Assembly (NCBI GenBank): GCA_014377705.1
Contig: JACMPC010000087.1
Location: 4,932-68,931 of the forward strand
From: Dermatophilaceae bacterium
GTDB lineage: Bacteria; Actinomycetota; Actinomycetes; Actinomycetales; Dermatophilaceae
DNA: 64,000 nucleotides
Direction of reading: 5' to 3'
Below are positions 1-8,572 of this stretch, piece by piece. The translations under genes and the position numbers were made by a program. Each line of letters begins with the position of its first letter. The first letter of the stretch is position 1. The notes beneath the pieces are model-generated. The model saw only the letters and a list, made by a program, of their open reading frames with translations, did no database searches and was not told where the DNA came from.

Positions 1-253
1 GGTCGGCGACCGCCTTCCACAACGCCATCGACAACAAGACATCGCCGGTCAGCCCTGTGGTGGAGCCGCTGTTCGCAGAGTTGCTGTCCGGGGAGTTCAG
101 GGCCGTCTCGTCGAGCAGGTCGAGCTCTGCCCTGCGCTGGTCGCGCCAGGCACCCAGGGCCCCCAGATAGCGCAGCGCATCCTCGGGGGAGATCGCGGAG
201 CCGATGTGTCCCGGCGGTGCCGGGGTGATGGCTGTAGCGGCGGATACGATCAC
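1..253 (-). CDS. Partial CDS (first 84 codons; continues past the window start), unknown function; last visible gene of the telA-to-glnH-like operon
   Basis: Manual minus-strand translation from GTG 253-251 stays open to position 2 (MIVSAATAITPAPPGHIGSAISPEDALRYLGALGAWRDQRRAELDLLDETALNS...). Third codon positions are GC-rich. The start lies 2 nt after the stop (256-258) of the upstream SBP gene. No family recognised. Confidence 0.4.
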   Translation of the reverse strand, partial: MIVSAATAITPAPPGHIGSAISPEDALRYLGALGAWRDQRRAELDLLDETALNSPDSNSANSGSTTGLTGDVLLSMALWKAVAD

Positions 254-255
254 GG

Positions 256-1341
256 TCACCGCCCGTAGACCGCGGTAGGGGGCGCCGGCGCCGGGCCGAG
301 AGGGGCCTTGAGCCAGACGTCGTAGGCCTTCTTCCACTGCCCGTCCGTCCGCATCTGGGCCAGCACGCCGTTGACGAACCGGACGAAATCCGGATGCTTC
401 TGAGACACTCCGAGGCCGTAGGGCTCCACGGTGAACGCGGGAGCCTTGACCACCAGGGCGTAGGGGTCCTGGGCCGCCAGGCCGGCCAGGATGGTGTCGT
501 CACCGGTGATCGCGTCGACCTTGCCCTGCTGGAAGAGCACCAGGCAGCCGGTATGGGTGTCGGAGCCCACCGGGATGAGCCCCTTGAAGGTGCGTAGCTT
601 GTCCATGCTGGTGGACCCGTTGGGGGCACACACCCTCTTGCCCTTGAGCTGGGCGATGTCCTTGACCGGCGACCCCTTGGCGACGAGGACCTTCTGGCCG
701 GCCCGGTAGTACTCGCTGGAGAAGGCGATCTGCTCCCACCGGGCGCAGTTGATGGTCAATGCTCGCGCGACGATGTCGACACCGTCAGCTGACGGGGACT
801 TCGTGGTCGACGGTCCGGTGATCAGGGCGGGGATGCGCTGGGCCGTGGTGATGACCCGGTACTCGATCTTGTTGGGGTCGTTGAAGATGGCCTTCGAGAC
901 CGCCTTGAGCATGTCGATGTCAAAGCCCTCGATCTGGCCGTTGAGCGGGTTCCGCGAGCCCAGCAGCAACGTGTCGGCCGAGACCCCGGCGATCAGCCGG
1001 CCGCGTGCCTGAATGGTGGACATGTAGCTGCCGGCTGGCATCTTCTCGCCCGGCGTCGGGAGCGACGCCGCAGGGGCGAATGACCGTAGGGGGTTGCCGC
1101 AGTTCGCTGATGGCGGAGTTGAGGCGGCCGCCCTGGGGGTGCTGGTGGGGGTGGCCCTGGGCACCGGCGTCGTCGAGTAGACCCCGCTGCCCGAGCAGCC
1201 GCTCACCACCAGGGCGAGTCCGGCGACCATGGAGCCGAGCACCATTCTGGAACGGAGGTGCACTGCTCTGCTGGAACGGAGGTGAACCGTTCTGCTGGGA
1301 CGGGCGTGCACCGCGCTGCCGGTACTGGCGTGCCGCTTCAT
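256..1341 (-). CDS. glnH: Family-3 amino-acid solute-binding lipoprotein, GlnH-like
   Basis: ORF 256..1635 trimmed to ATG 1341 (MKRHAST...), which overlaps the upstream stop as ATGA. A lipobox LVVSGC follows a hydrophobic stretch. The body (GRLIAGVSADTLLLG, IEGFDIDMLKAV, VDAITGDDTILAG) looks like polar amino-acid binding proteins. Confidence 0.8.
   Translation of the reverse strand: MKRHASTGSAVHARPSRTVHLRSSRAVHLRSRMVLGSMVAGLALVVSGCSGSGVYSTTPVPRATPTSTPRAAASTPPSANCGNPLRSFAPAASLPTPGEKMPAGSYMSTIQARGRLIAGVSADTLLLGSRNPLNGQIEGFDIDMLKAVSKAIFNDPNKIEYRVITTAQRIPALITGPSTTKSPSADGVDIVARALTINCARWEQIAFSSEYYRAGQKVLVAKGSPVKDIAQLKGKRVCAPNGSTSMDKLRTFKGLIPVGSDTHTGCLVLFQQGKVDAITGDDTILAGLAAQDPYALVVKAPAFTVEPYGLGVSQKHPDFVRFVNGVLAQMRTDGQWKKAYDVWLKAPLGPAPAPPTAVYGR
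1247..1318 (-). repeat. 3 x 24-bp in-frame tandem repeat inside the signal-peptide n-region of the GlnH-like gene
   Basis: Plus-strand units are ctggaacggaggtgcactgctctg / ctggaacggaggtgaaccgttctg / ctgggacgggcgtgcaccgcgctg. They encode the repeated ...VHARPSRTVHLRSSRAVHLRS... segment. Confidence 0.8.
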
Positions 1342-2693
1342 CGGTACTCCTCCAACCGGAGCGAGACGCCCCACCAGGCCGAGACGGCGGCCGCGATCCC
1401 GATCAGCAAAGAGAGCCAGGCCGCGAACGGGAGCCAGGTCCTGGGCGTGTCCAGGCTGTCGATGGCGATGCGGCTGCTTGAGGTCAATGCCGAGCCGGAG
1501 GCGGCGTCGAAGGCATCGAAGGTGGCGTTCGACGAGGTGGGACCGCTCCCGGTGGCCTGCCTGACTGCGGCCTCCCAACCCCCTCCGTCGTCCGCCTCGC
1601 GGATCTTCTGATGGATGCCGACGTAGGCTTTCCACAGCCCGCCCATGCTCGCGGCATCGCGGTTCAGATCGGCCGAGGTGGCGCTCTGCGTGGCGACGGC
1701 GCCGGACGAGCCCAGCCAGGCCTTCTCGAACTTCGCTCCGGAGCCACGCGCAATCAGGGTCAGGCTCTCGTTCGACTTGGCGTCGAACGCGGCGATCCGT
1801 GCCTTGGCGGTGGCCAGGGTGGCGGCATACGAGCTGTCCCGGACGGTGCCGACCCGTGAACCTACGGACGCGAGCGAGATCGAGCCGATCACCAGGGTCA
1901 GCAGGATCGCCAGGGTGGCGCCGGCCAGCGGGAGGTTGATGTATCTGTGCGTGCGCCGTGACAGCCAGATCATCCCGCCGGTCAGGACCACCAGGGCGAG
2001 CACGCCAAGGACGAGGAAGGTGGCCAATGCACTTTTGGCGGAATCGAACTCGGCGATGACCCGGGTGTCGTTAGCTTTCACCAGGGCATCCAGGATGGGT
2101 AGGGCGTCGCTGCGAAGTCCTGAGCTGGCCACCCGCAGATACTGCGCGCCCACCGGGAGCGCCTGACGGTTGCTGGCGCGTGCCTGTTCGATCAGGCCGC
2201 CGTAGGTGAGCACCGTGTTGTTGAGGGCACCCAGGGCCGCCCCGTCAGCCGGCTGGGCCCTGCCCGCCAGGGCGATCAGCTTCGAGGCCTGCGTCATCGA
2301 CGAGGTGTAGCTGGTGCGCTGGCCGGCGGGCTCCAGGCCGCCGACCAGGAATGCGTTGGTGGCGTCGGCATCGGCCCGGACCAGATTGGTGTGAATAGCC
2401 TGGATCCGGACCAGCTGTGCGGCGTTCTCGCCGGCTCGGCGTAGTGCGTCGTCGGCGGACCCGAAGGTCGAGAAGGCACCGACGGCAAAGATCAGGGACA
2501 CCGCGACGGCCGCCAGGGTGAGGATCCGCAGCTGCCCGGGGGTTCCTGACAGGGCGCGCCGGGCGGAGGTCCTGATGTCGCTGACCCGCCCGGCGACCGT
2601 GGGCACACCGGTCGGCTGGCGCGAAGCGGTGAGGCCTGCGTCGGGAGTCTGGGTCGAGCTGGGTGTGTGGTTCGCGCTGGTCGTCTGGCTCAC
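1338..2693 (-). CDS. glnX: Four-TM membrane protein with two ~145-aa extracytoplasmic helical domains, GlnX-like
   Basis: 451-aa ORF with four hydrophobic helices at about aa 56-78, 222-245, 254-278 and 420-445. These are separated by two Ala/Leu-rich soluble domains. It sits immediately upstream of, and is ATGA-coupled to, the GlnH-like SBP, as in the mycobacterial glnX-glnH arrangement. Confidence 0.55.
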   Translation of the reverse strand: MSQTTSANHTPSSTQTPDAGLTASRQPTGVPTVAGRVSDIRTSARRALSGTPGQLRILTLAAVAVSLIFAVGAFSTFGSADDALRRAGENAAQLVRIQAIHTNLVRADADATNAFLVGGLEPAGQRTSYTSSMTQASKLIALAGRAQPADGAALGALNNTVLTYGGLIEQARASNRQALPVGAQYLRVASSGLRSDALPILDALVKANDTRVIAEFDSAKSALATFLVLGVLALVVLTGGMIWLSRRTHRYINLPLAGATLAILLTLVIGSISLASVGSRVGTVRDSSYAATLATAKARIAAFDAKSNESLTLIARGSGAKFEKAWLGSSGAVATQSATSADLNRDAASMGGLWKAYVGIHQKIREADDGGGWEAAVRQATGSGPTSSNATFDAFDAASGSALTSSSRIAIDSLDTPRTWLPFAAWLSLLIGIAAAVSAWWGVSLRLEEYR

Positions 2694-4225
2694 GCAGGGC
2701 CTCCCGGCTTGTCCTGGTCTGGGTCAGCGCTTTCGTCCTGGCTTTCGCCCCGGCTTTCGTCCTGGTCGGCGTCCTTGTCCGGGCCCTGGCCTGCTTCGGT
2801 GTCCTGGCCTGCTCCCGTGTCCTTGTCCGGGGGCTGGTTCTCGCCGAGGTCCTGGTCGAGATCCTGGTCGAGGTCCTGGGGCTCCAGCCGGCGCAGCTGG
2901 TCGTGGGTTGGTGCCTCGACATCGCGGAGCCGCCACGCGTGGGCGCCGATCGCAGCCTCGAGCTGGTTGCGGGAGAATCGACCGTTGCCGAAGGACTCGC
3001 CGCGGGGCGTCTGGGCCAGCAGCTCCCGGAACCGTGCCAGCGCCTGCGGGGTGAGCTCGTAGTCGGAGCCCTTCGCCAGCAACGTCAGGATCGTGGCCAG
3101 CTCTTCATCGGTGTAGTCGTCGAACTCGATGATGGTCCGAAACCGGCTGGCGAGGCCGGGATTGGCCGCCACGAACGCCTCCATCGGCGCTGGGTACCCG
3201 GCGACGATCACCACGAGGTCGTCGCGCCGGTCCTCCATCTCCTTGACCAGGGTGTCCACGGCCTCGGTGCCGTACTGGTCGCCGGTCAGGCTGTAGGCCT
3301 CGTCGATGAAGAGCACGCCCCCGGAGGCCGTGCTGACGACCTCCGAGGTCTTGACCGCTGTCTGCCCGAGATAGCCCGCCACCAGCTCGGAGCGGTCGAC
3401 CTCGATCAGCTGGCCTCGCGTCAGCAGCCCGAGCGCCGCGTAGATCCCGCTGACCAGCCGGGCAACCGTCGTCTTGCCGGTGCCGGGGTTGCCGGTGAAC
3501 ACGAGGTGCCGGGTGATCGTGGCGCTCGTCATGCCCGCTGCGGCGCGCAGCCGCTCGACCCGCAGGAGCGCGACCTGACGGTGGATCTCACGTTTGACCC
3601 GCCCCAGGCCGATCAGCGCGTCGAGCTCGGCGAGGAGCTCCTCGACACTCCGGCGCTTCACCGGCTCTGGTGGCACAGCCGCGGGAGCTCTCTCATGGGC
3701 CGCCTCAGGGGCAGGCTCCGGCGAGTTGTCAGAAGCCGCCGGCGAAAAACGATGCCTGTCTTCTGACAACGTGGGAGATGGTGCAGGAGATTGGGTTACG
3801 AGGGACGGCGGTGGTGAGGGGTGGTGGCCGGCGGCTTTGAGCTGGGCGGCCGCAGCGACCGAGGCGTTGCCGATCACCCGCATCGTCGGCTCGCCCAGAT
3901 CGCAGGCTGCCGAAGCCACCTCAGCCATGGCCTTGGCATACGGTCCGCCCAGCGAAGACCCCTGCGCCACGAGGCCGCTCAGGATGGAGGTGGGCGCCCC
4001 ACGCCAGCGCCGACCACGCGAGGCCGCGTCGAAGAAGTCCTGGGTGGTCCCGCCGCCGACGGCTCTGGCCCAGGCGGCGGGCGCACCGGGGGCCGACTCG
4101 GCCACCGCAGCAGCCAGGGCAGCGCCCTCATCCCGCGCCACCTGATCCCGAACCCCGGCCGACTCGGCCACGGCCACCAGGGCATCGAGGGCCTGGTCAA
4201 GTGGCAATGTCGGGGCTGTCGTCAT
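2690..4225 (-). CDS. AAA+ ATPase, CbbX/SpoVK/EccA-type, with helical N-domain and acidic disordered C-terminal tail
   Basis: Walker A is GNPGTGKTTVARL and Walker B is GVLFIDEAYSL, followed by VIVAGYP...ASRFRTIIEFDDY. The C-tail is PQDLDQDLDQDLGENQPPDKD...DESADPDQDK. ATGA overlaps at both ends (4222-4225 and 2690-2693). Confidence 0.85.
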   Translation of the reverse strand: MTTAPTLPLDQALDALVAVAESAGVRDQVARDEGAALAAAVAESAPGAPAAWARAVGGGTTQDFFDAASRGRRWRGAPTSILSGLVAQGSSLGGPYAKAMAEVASAACDLGEPTMRVIGNASVAAAAQLKAAGHHPSPPPSLVTQSPAPSPTLSEDRHRFSPAASDNSPEPAPEAAHERAPAAVPPEPVKRRSVEELLAELDALIGLGRVKREIHRQVALLRVERLRAAAGMTSATITRHLVFTGNPGTGKTTVARLVSGIYAALGLLTRGQLIEVDRSELVAGYLGQTAVKTSEVVSTASGGVLFIDEAYSLTGDQYGTEAVDTLVKEMEDRRDDLVVIVAGYPAPMEAFVAANPGLASRFRTIIEFDDYTDEELATILTLLAKGSDYELTPQALARFRELLAQTPRGESFGNGRFSRNQLEAAIGAHAWRLRDVEAPTHDQLRRLEPQDLDQDLDQDLGENQPPDKDTGAGQDTEAGQGPDKDADQDESRGESQDESADPDQDKPGGPA

Positions 4226-4914
4226 GACCCGCCCCGCCCGTCCGGCGGCTCCAGTCGACCAGAACGTCCAGAACCAGAGCTGTCAGAACCGAGGCCTGGA
4301 TATCCAGGCCTCGGTTCTGACGAGTCGGTGGTTGGGGATGATGAAAGTGGCGATGGGGGTGTGGGGTCGGGGGGGATCGTGACGTTCGGACTTAGGGTCA
4401 GGGCACCGCCACCGGAGGCCGTGCCGAACTTCTCGGCCAGGAACCTGCCGTGCGCGACCAGCGCGTCGGCATCGGCACGGCATACCGCGTCGAAGACCTT
4501 GTCCATCGTGGCGGCCAGCAGGTCGAGCTGGTCGATCAGGATCATCAGGGAGGTCTTGCCACGGTCGACCGGGCGGCTGTCGGCGAACTGGCGTGGCAGG
4601 CGCAGGTAACCGCCGACCGCCTCAGGCAGGTAGTCGGTCGCCGTGGCCATGACGTTGTAGGCCTGCAGGCTGCCGGCGCCCAGGGTAGACAACCGCGGGA
4701 CGGTGTCGCGCACGGTCCGGGAGACCCGGCCAACCCGTGAGGCCACCGGAGCGGGCACCGCACCTGCGGCCACCATCGCCTCCACCCGGTCACAGGCCGC
4801 GAGCAGGTCGTCGCTGGTAGGGACTTTCGGCAGCACGAGGCGCTCGGGCTCGCGGCGGCGGCGGCCTGTCATCCGTGCGAAGAGCTCGCTCAGCTCCATG
4901 GTGTCGATTCTCAC
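4222..4914 (-). CDS. Hypothetical protein, possibly an XpaC-like partner of TelA
   Basis: 230-aa ORF with GTG 4914 preceded by aaggg, starting 19 nt after the TelA stop. The central region (ATDYLPEAVGGYLRLPRQFAD...LLAATMDKV) resembles the C-terminal part of XpaC-type proteins found next to TelA in Firmicutes. The C-tail is Pro/Ser-rich. Confidence 0.45.
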   Translation of the reverse strand: MRIDTMELSELFARMTGRRRREPERLVLPKVPTSDDLLAACDRVEAMVAAGAVPAPVASRVGRVSRTVRDTVPRLSTLGAGSLQAYNVMATATDYLPEAVGGYLRLPRQFADSRPVDRGKTSLMILIDQLDLLAATMDKVFDAVCRADADALVAHGRFLAEKFGTASGGGALTLSPNVTIPPDPTPPSPLSSSPTTDSSEPRPGYPGLGSDSSGSGRSGRLEPPDGRGGS

Positions 4915-4933
4915 CCGGACCCTTCAGTCGCCG

Positions 4934-6190
4934 TCAGCGACCGGCGCGGTCGGCGCCGCCCAGATCGAGGGAGCCGCCGCTGACCCGCTGGTCCTGGCGC
5001 TCGACCCGGTCGAGATAGTCGCGGGACTTGCCGACCTCGGTCTCCAGCGTGCCGATCGTGGCGGCCATGGTGTCCAGCGCCTTGACCTTGAAGGTGTCGA
5101 TCGCGTCCATGGTGGCGTAGATGTTCGCGAACGCGGCCTGTAGCTGCGGCAGGCCGATCGTGGCCGAGGCCGCCTGTTGCTGGATGGCCACCGAGTTGTC
5201 GCGAAGCATCTCCGAGGTGCGCTCGATCAGGCCGGACGTGGTGGTGTTCAGGGCGGTGATCTGGCTGAGCACGAGCTTCTGGTTGCCGAGCGCCTGGGCC
5301 ACGATGACAGCTGTTCGCAACGCGGAGATCGTGGTGGTGGACGCGCGGTCGACCCCCTTGATCAGCTCGATGTTGTTCTTGATGACGATGTCGATGGCCA
5401 GGTAGTTCTGGATCGACACGGCCAGCTGGACGAGCAGATCCTGGTGCTTCTGGCGAACGTAGAAAAGCACGTCCTCCCGCATCGCCTTGGCCTTCTCGGG
5501 ATCATTGGCGTCAAGGTCGGAGACCGCGGCAGACATGCGGGAGTCGAGCCGTTCGGCGACGTACACGTACTGGTTGAGCCGGCCCATCGCCTCCCACAGC
5601 TGCTGCTTCTCGAGGTTGAGTGCGCCGTTGTCCTTGCCCAGCTCGTCCTGGCCGTCGCGCAGCGCGTGAAGGATCGCGTCGAGGTGGCTCTCGGCGCTCT
5701 GGTACTTCTGGAAGTAGTCGTTCACCCTGTCGCCGAACGGGATCATGCCCAGAAACTTCTTGGCGCCGGTGGCCGCCTTGGGGTCAAGGTCCTCGACCGT
5801 CCGGCGCAGCTCGAGCAGGGTGGACCCGACCTTGGAGCCCTCCGACAGCCCACCCTCCTGCAGCGCCTTGACCGGCGACTTCAGCAGCCGGTTGGAGCTC
5901 TCGGCCGCGCGCAGGATGTCGTCGTCTCCCATGGTGCGCACGTCGGTGGCCTTGGCGGTGAACTCGGGGGAGCGAGGAGCGGCGGCCATCAACGATGCGA
6001 GGTAGCCGTCGACCTTGGCGTCCAGCCCGGGCAGGGCGGCGGCATCCACGGCAGGCGCCATCCGGGGTGCGGCGGTGGCGGCCACCGGCAGGGGCGGGGC
6101 CGGCGCCGTCAGGGTCAGCACGGACTCGGCCGCCAGCGGCGGCTGGGGCGGCTGGCCGGCTGGCTGACTCGACATACCCGGTTCTGTCAT
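4934..6190 (-). CDS. telA: TelA-family toxic anion resistance protein
   Basis: ORF 4934..6289 trimmed to ATG 6190 (MTEPGMSS...), which has GAGGGA 5 nt upstream. Long coiled-coil-like TelA-type sequence follows (LLELRRTVEDLDP, FQKYQSAESHLDAILHAL, NLEKQQLWEAMGRLNQYVYVAE, NIELIKGVDRASTTTISALRTAV). Confidence 0.8.
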   Translation of the reverse strand: MTEPGMSSQPAGQPPQPPLAAESVLTLTAPAPPLPVAATAAPRMAPAVDAAALPGLDAKVDGYLASLMAAAPRSPEFTAKATDVRTMGDDDILRAAESSNRLLKSPVKALQEGGLSEGSKVGSTLLELRRTVEDLDPKAATGAKKFLGMIPFGDRVNDYFQKYQSAESHLDAILHALRDGQDELGKDNGALNLEKQQLWEAMGRLNQYVYVAERLDSRMSAAVSDLDANDPEKAKAMREDVLFYVRQKHQDLLVQLAVSIQNYLAIDIVIKNNIELIKGVDRASTTTISALRTAVIVAQALGNQKLVLSQITALNTTTSGLIERTSEMLRDNSVAIQQQAASATIGLPQLQAAFANIYATMDAIDTFKVKALDTMAATIGTLETEVGKSRDYLDRVERQDQRVSGGSLDLGGADRAGR

Positions 6191-6343
6191 CGCTGTCCCT
6201 CTTCTGTGCGAATCTGTCTGTGGCGAAGTGGCACACGTGCCCACACCCCTGTTGACGTTTGGCCAATCTACGCGGTTCCTGTCTCTCACGCCGAGGCATC
6301 CACCTGACTTACGCTGATGCCTTCACCTGACACCATGAGTGAC

Positions 6344-6916
6344 ATGCGGATGTTCATTGCCCTGCCCCTGCCAGAAGCTGTCAACGAGCACCTGGCCGAG
6401 TACCTCGAGCCGCGCCAGGAGGCGGGGCCCGACCTGCGCTGGACCGTTTCGGAACAATGGCACCTCACCCTGGGGTTCCTGCCCGAGGTGACCGACCGGA
6501 CCCTGGATGAGCTGCACGAGCGTCTTGCCCGGGCCACCTCGCGGCGCCAGCCGATGTGGCTGCGGCTGGCAGGGGCGGGAGCGTTTCCGAATGCCGCCCA
6601 GGCGAAGGTCCTGTGGGCAGGAGTCGAGCACGACGGGGAAGAGCTGATGAGGCTCGCCGGCGGGGTCCGTGCGGCCGGGGCGAAGTCCGGGATTGAGGTG
6701 GGCGGGGGACGCTACCACCCGCACCTGACCGTCGCCCGCCTGTCGCAGGCCGCTGACGTCACCCGATGGCTTCGGACGCTCGACCCGTATGTCGGCCCGT
6801 CCTGGCAGGCCGGCGAGGTCGAGCTGATCGCCTCCTACCTTGGGCAGGGCCGGGGCGGCACGTCCCGTTATGAGGTGCGTGAGACGTTCCCGCTGGGTCC
6901 GCCTAGCATTGGCTAG
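6344..6916 (+). CDS. thpR: RNA 2',3'-cyclic phosphodiesterase (2H phosphoesterase, LigT/ThpR)
   Basis: Two HxT motifs are present (WHLTLGFL and HPHLTVARL). The MRMFIALPLP start is typical of the family. In-frame ATGs at 6317 and 6335 are alternative starts. Confidence 0.8.
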   Translation: MRMFIALPLPEAVNEHLAEYLEPRQEAGPDLRWTVSEQWHLTLGFLPEVTDRTLDELHERLARATSRRQPMWLRLAGAGAFPNAAQAKVLWAGVEHDGEELMRLAGGVRAAGAKSGIEVGGGRYHPHLTVARLSQAADVTRWLRTLDPYVGPSWQAGEVELIASYLGQGRGGTSRYEVRETFPLGPPSIG

Positions 6917-6919
6917 ACC

Positions 6920-8572
6920 ATGGCAGAACTCAGTGCGGCGCCGCAGCGGGCGCTCCAAAGGCTCGGGTGTGAGCTTCTGCGGCTAGGTCGGACGATTCGG
7001 CGGCCCAGCTGCGAAGGCTTCCGCAACTGGCGTTGGCGACGGTGGCTCACCCGCGGGGCGGAGCTTCTTGTCCTGGTCTTTGCGGTCAGCCTGGGCGGGG
7101 TCAGCGCGACCAGCCTGTTCCCGACCACCGTGCAGACCGACCACTACCGGGCTGACGTGCGGCTCTCGGCGCTGCCGTCCTTCACCTCCACGATCCACAG
7201 CCCGACGTCGTTCGGTGATCTCGATCTCGAGTTCGACAGCCCCCTCCTGGCGCCCGGGGTCGACGCGACCGTTCAGGTCCGTGACTCCATCACCGCGCTG
7301 TTCGACGACCGGCGGGTATCTATCGAGTCCCTGCAGCCGTCCACCGCCGAGATCACGGAGGCGCTGGGCACGGGGGTCCTGGAGCTGGGCCTGAAGTTCG
7401 CCGGTGGTGTCCTGGTCGTGGGGGTCGGCGCGATCGCCCTGATCGCCTACGGGCGCCGTCGTCGTCCCACCGTCCGCCAGGCCGTGTCCGTGACCATGGC
7501 GGCACTGCTGGCAATCGGTGGTGCCGGGGCCGGGATGCTGGGGACCTATCAGCCCGCCCAGTTCACCAGCTTCCGGACGACCGGTCTGCTGGGCACGGTC
7601 CGAAGCAACACGGGGCTGCTGGCCGGTGTCGAGGCACGCGCCCAGCAGGTCACCCCGTACGTGACGAACCTGCTGGCACTCTCTGCCGCCCTGCAGTCGA
7701 AGTTCATCCCCGAGGACATCAGCAAACCGTCGGCCGCCCGCCTGCTCCTGGTCTCGGACATCCACGGCGCCAACCAGTACCCGGTCATGAAGCGGATCGT
7801 CGCGGACGAGAAGATCACCGCTGTCATCGACTCGGGCGACCTGCTGAACCTGGGCAGCGTCACCGAGGCCGAGCTGGCCGGGATCTTCACCTCCATCAGG
7901 AACCTCGGGGTGCCGTACATCTTCGTGCGCGGCAACCATGACGCGAGCAGTCCCTCCGACCAGGCGTTGCTGCGACGAATGGCCACGATCCCGAACGTCG
8001 TGCTGCTCGAGCCGACCCCGCAGACCTACACCGAGGCCGGCGTGAACGGGCTGGTCATCGCGGGGTTCAACGACCCGCGGTACTTCGGTGACGACGACAA
8101 GGAGAACAACAAGAAGCAGGAGCCCGCCGCCAAGGCGTTCAACAAGGCTTTCGCCGACCGGGCACGCCCGGACATTGTGGTCACCCACGAGCCGGCGGCG
8201 GCAAGGATGGTCGACTCCGCGTCCCTGCTGGTCAACGGCCACATGCACAAGGACGAGCTGGAGGGCAACCGGATCGGTGTCGGCACCTTCACCGGCGGCG
8301 GAACGCTGACCCACTTCCTGGTCGACAAGCAGGGAGATCAGCCCGGTGAGCTGGCCGGCCAGCCCTATGCCTTCGACATCGTCGTGTTCGGGCAGGGCTG
8401 CGACCTGACGTCTCTGACCCGGTACACCTACCGCAACCTGATCCAGGGCAGGCCCGTCTATGACGACGTCAGCGTCATCAACGGCAAGACCATCGCTACT
8501 CCCGCACCGGGCAGAAGGAACTGCGCGGCCGACCTGGGAATGAGCAGCACGACCGTTACTGTCGGGGGATGA
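6920..8572 (+). CDS. Membrane-anchored calcineurin-like metallophosphoesterase
   Basis: N-terminal TM segments are followed by the motifs LLVSDIHG, DSGDLLNLG, VRGNHD and NGHMHKD. The gene starts 3 nt after the thpR stop. Confidence 0.8.
   Translation: MAELSAAPQRALQRLGCELLRLGRTIRRPSCEGFRNWRWRRWLTRGAELLVLVFAVSLGGVSATSLFPTTVQTDHYRADVRLSALPSFTSTIHSPTSFGDLDLEFDSPLLAPGVDATVQVRDSITALFDDRRVSIESLQPSTAEITEALGTGVLELGLKFAGGVLVVGVGAIALIAYGRRRRPTVRQAVSVTMAALLAIGGAGAGMLGTYQPAQFTSFRTTGLLGTVRSNTGLLAGVEARAQQVTPYVTNLLALSAALQSKFIPEDISKPSAARLLLVSDIHGANQYPVMKRIVADEKITAVIDSGDLLNLGSVTEAELAGIFTSIRNLGVPYIFVRGNHDASSPSDQALLRRMATIPNVVLLEPTPQTYTEAGVNGLVIAGFNDPRYFGDDDKENNKKQEPAAKAFNKAFADRARPDIVVTHEPAAARMVDSASLLVNGHMHKDELEGNRIGVGTFTGGGTLTHFLVDKQGDQPGELAGQPYAFDIVVFGQGCDLTSLTRYTYRNLIQGRPVYDDVSVINGKTIATPAPGRRNCAADLGMSSTTVTVGG

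Noticed and set aside
1-253. Assumption that the gene after glnX-glnH is pknG, as in Mycobacterium and Corynebacterium
   Set aside because: The 84 visible N-terminal residues (MIVSAATAITPAPPGHIGSAISPEDALRYLGALGAWRDQRRAELDLLDE...) show no resemblance to the PknG N-terminus as I recall it. They look structured rather than disordered. Too little sequence is available to name the gene, so it is left uncalled.
2663-3766. The 367-aa plus-strand ORF and similar long ORFs antisense to called genes. Examples: 5177..6307 +, 6983..8314 -, 9582..10475 -, 10901..12223 -, 12713..13741 +, 15747..16688 +.
   Set aside because: These are typical high-GC shadow ORFs. They lie in antisense frames of genes with unmistakable homology. 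They are Arg/Gly/Pro/His-rich, lack recognisable motifs and lack sensible start contexts.
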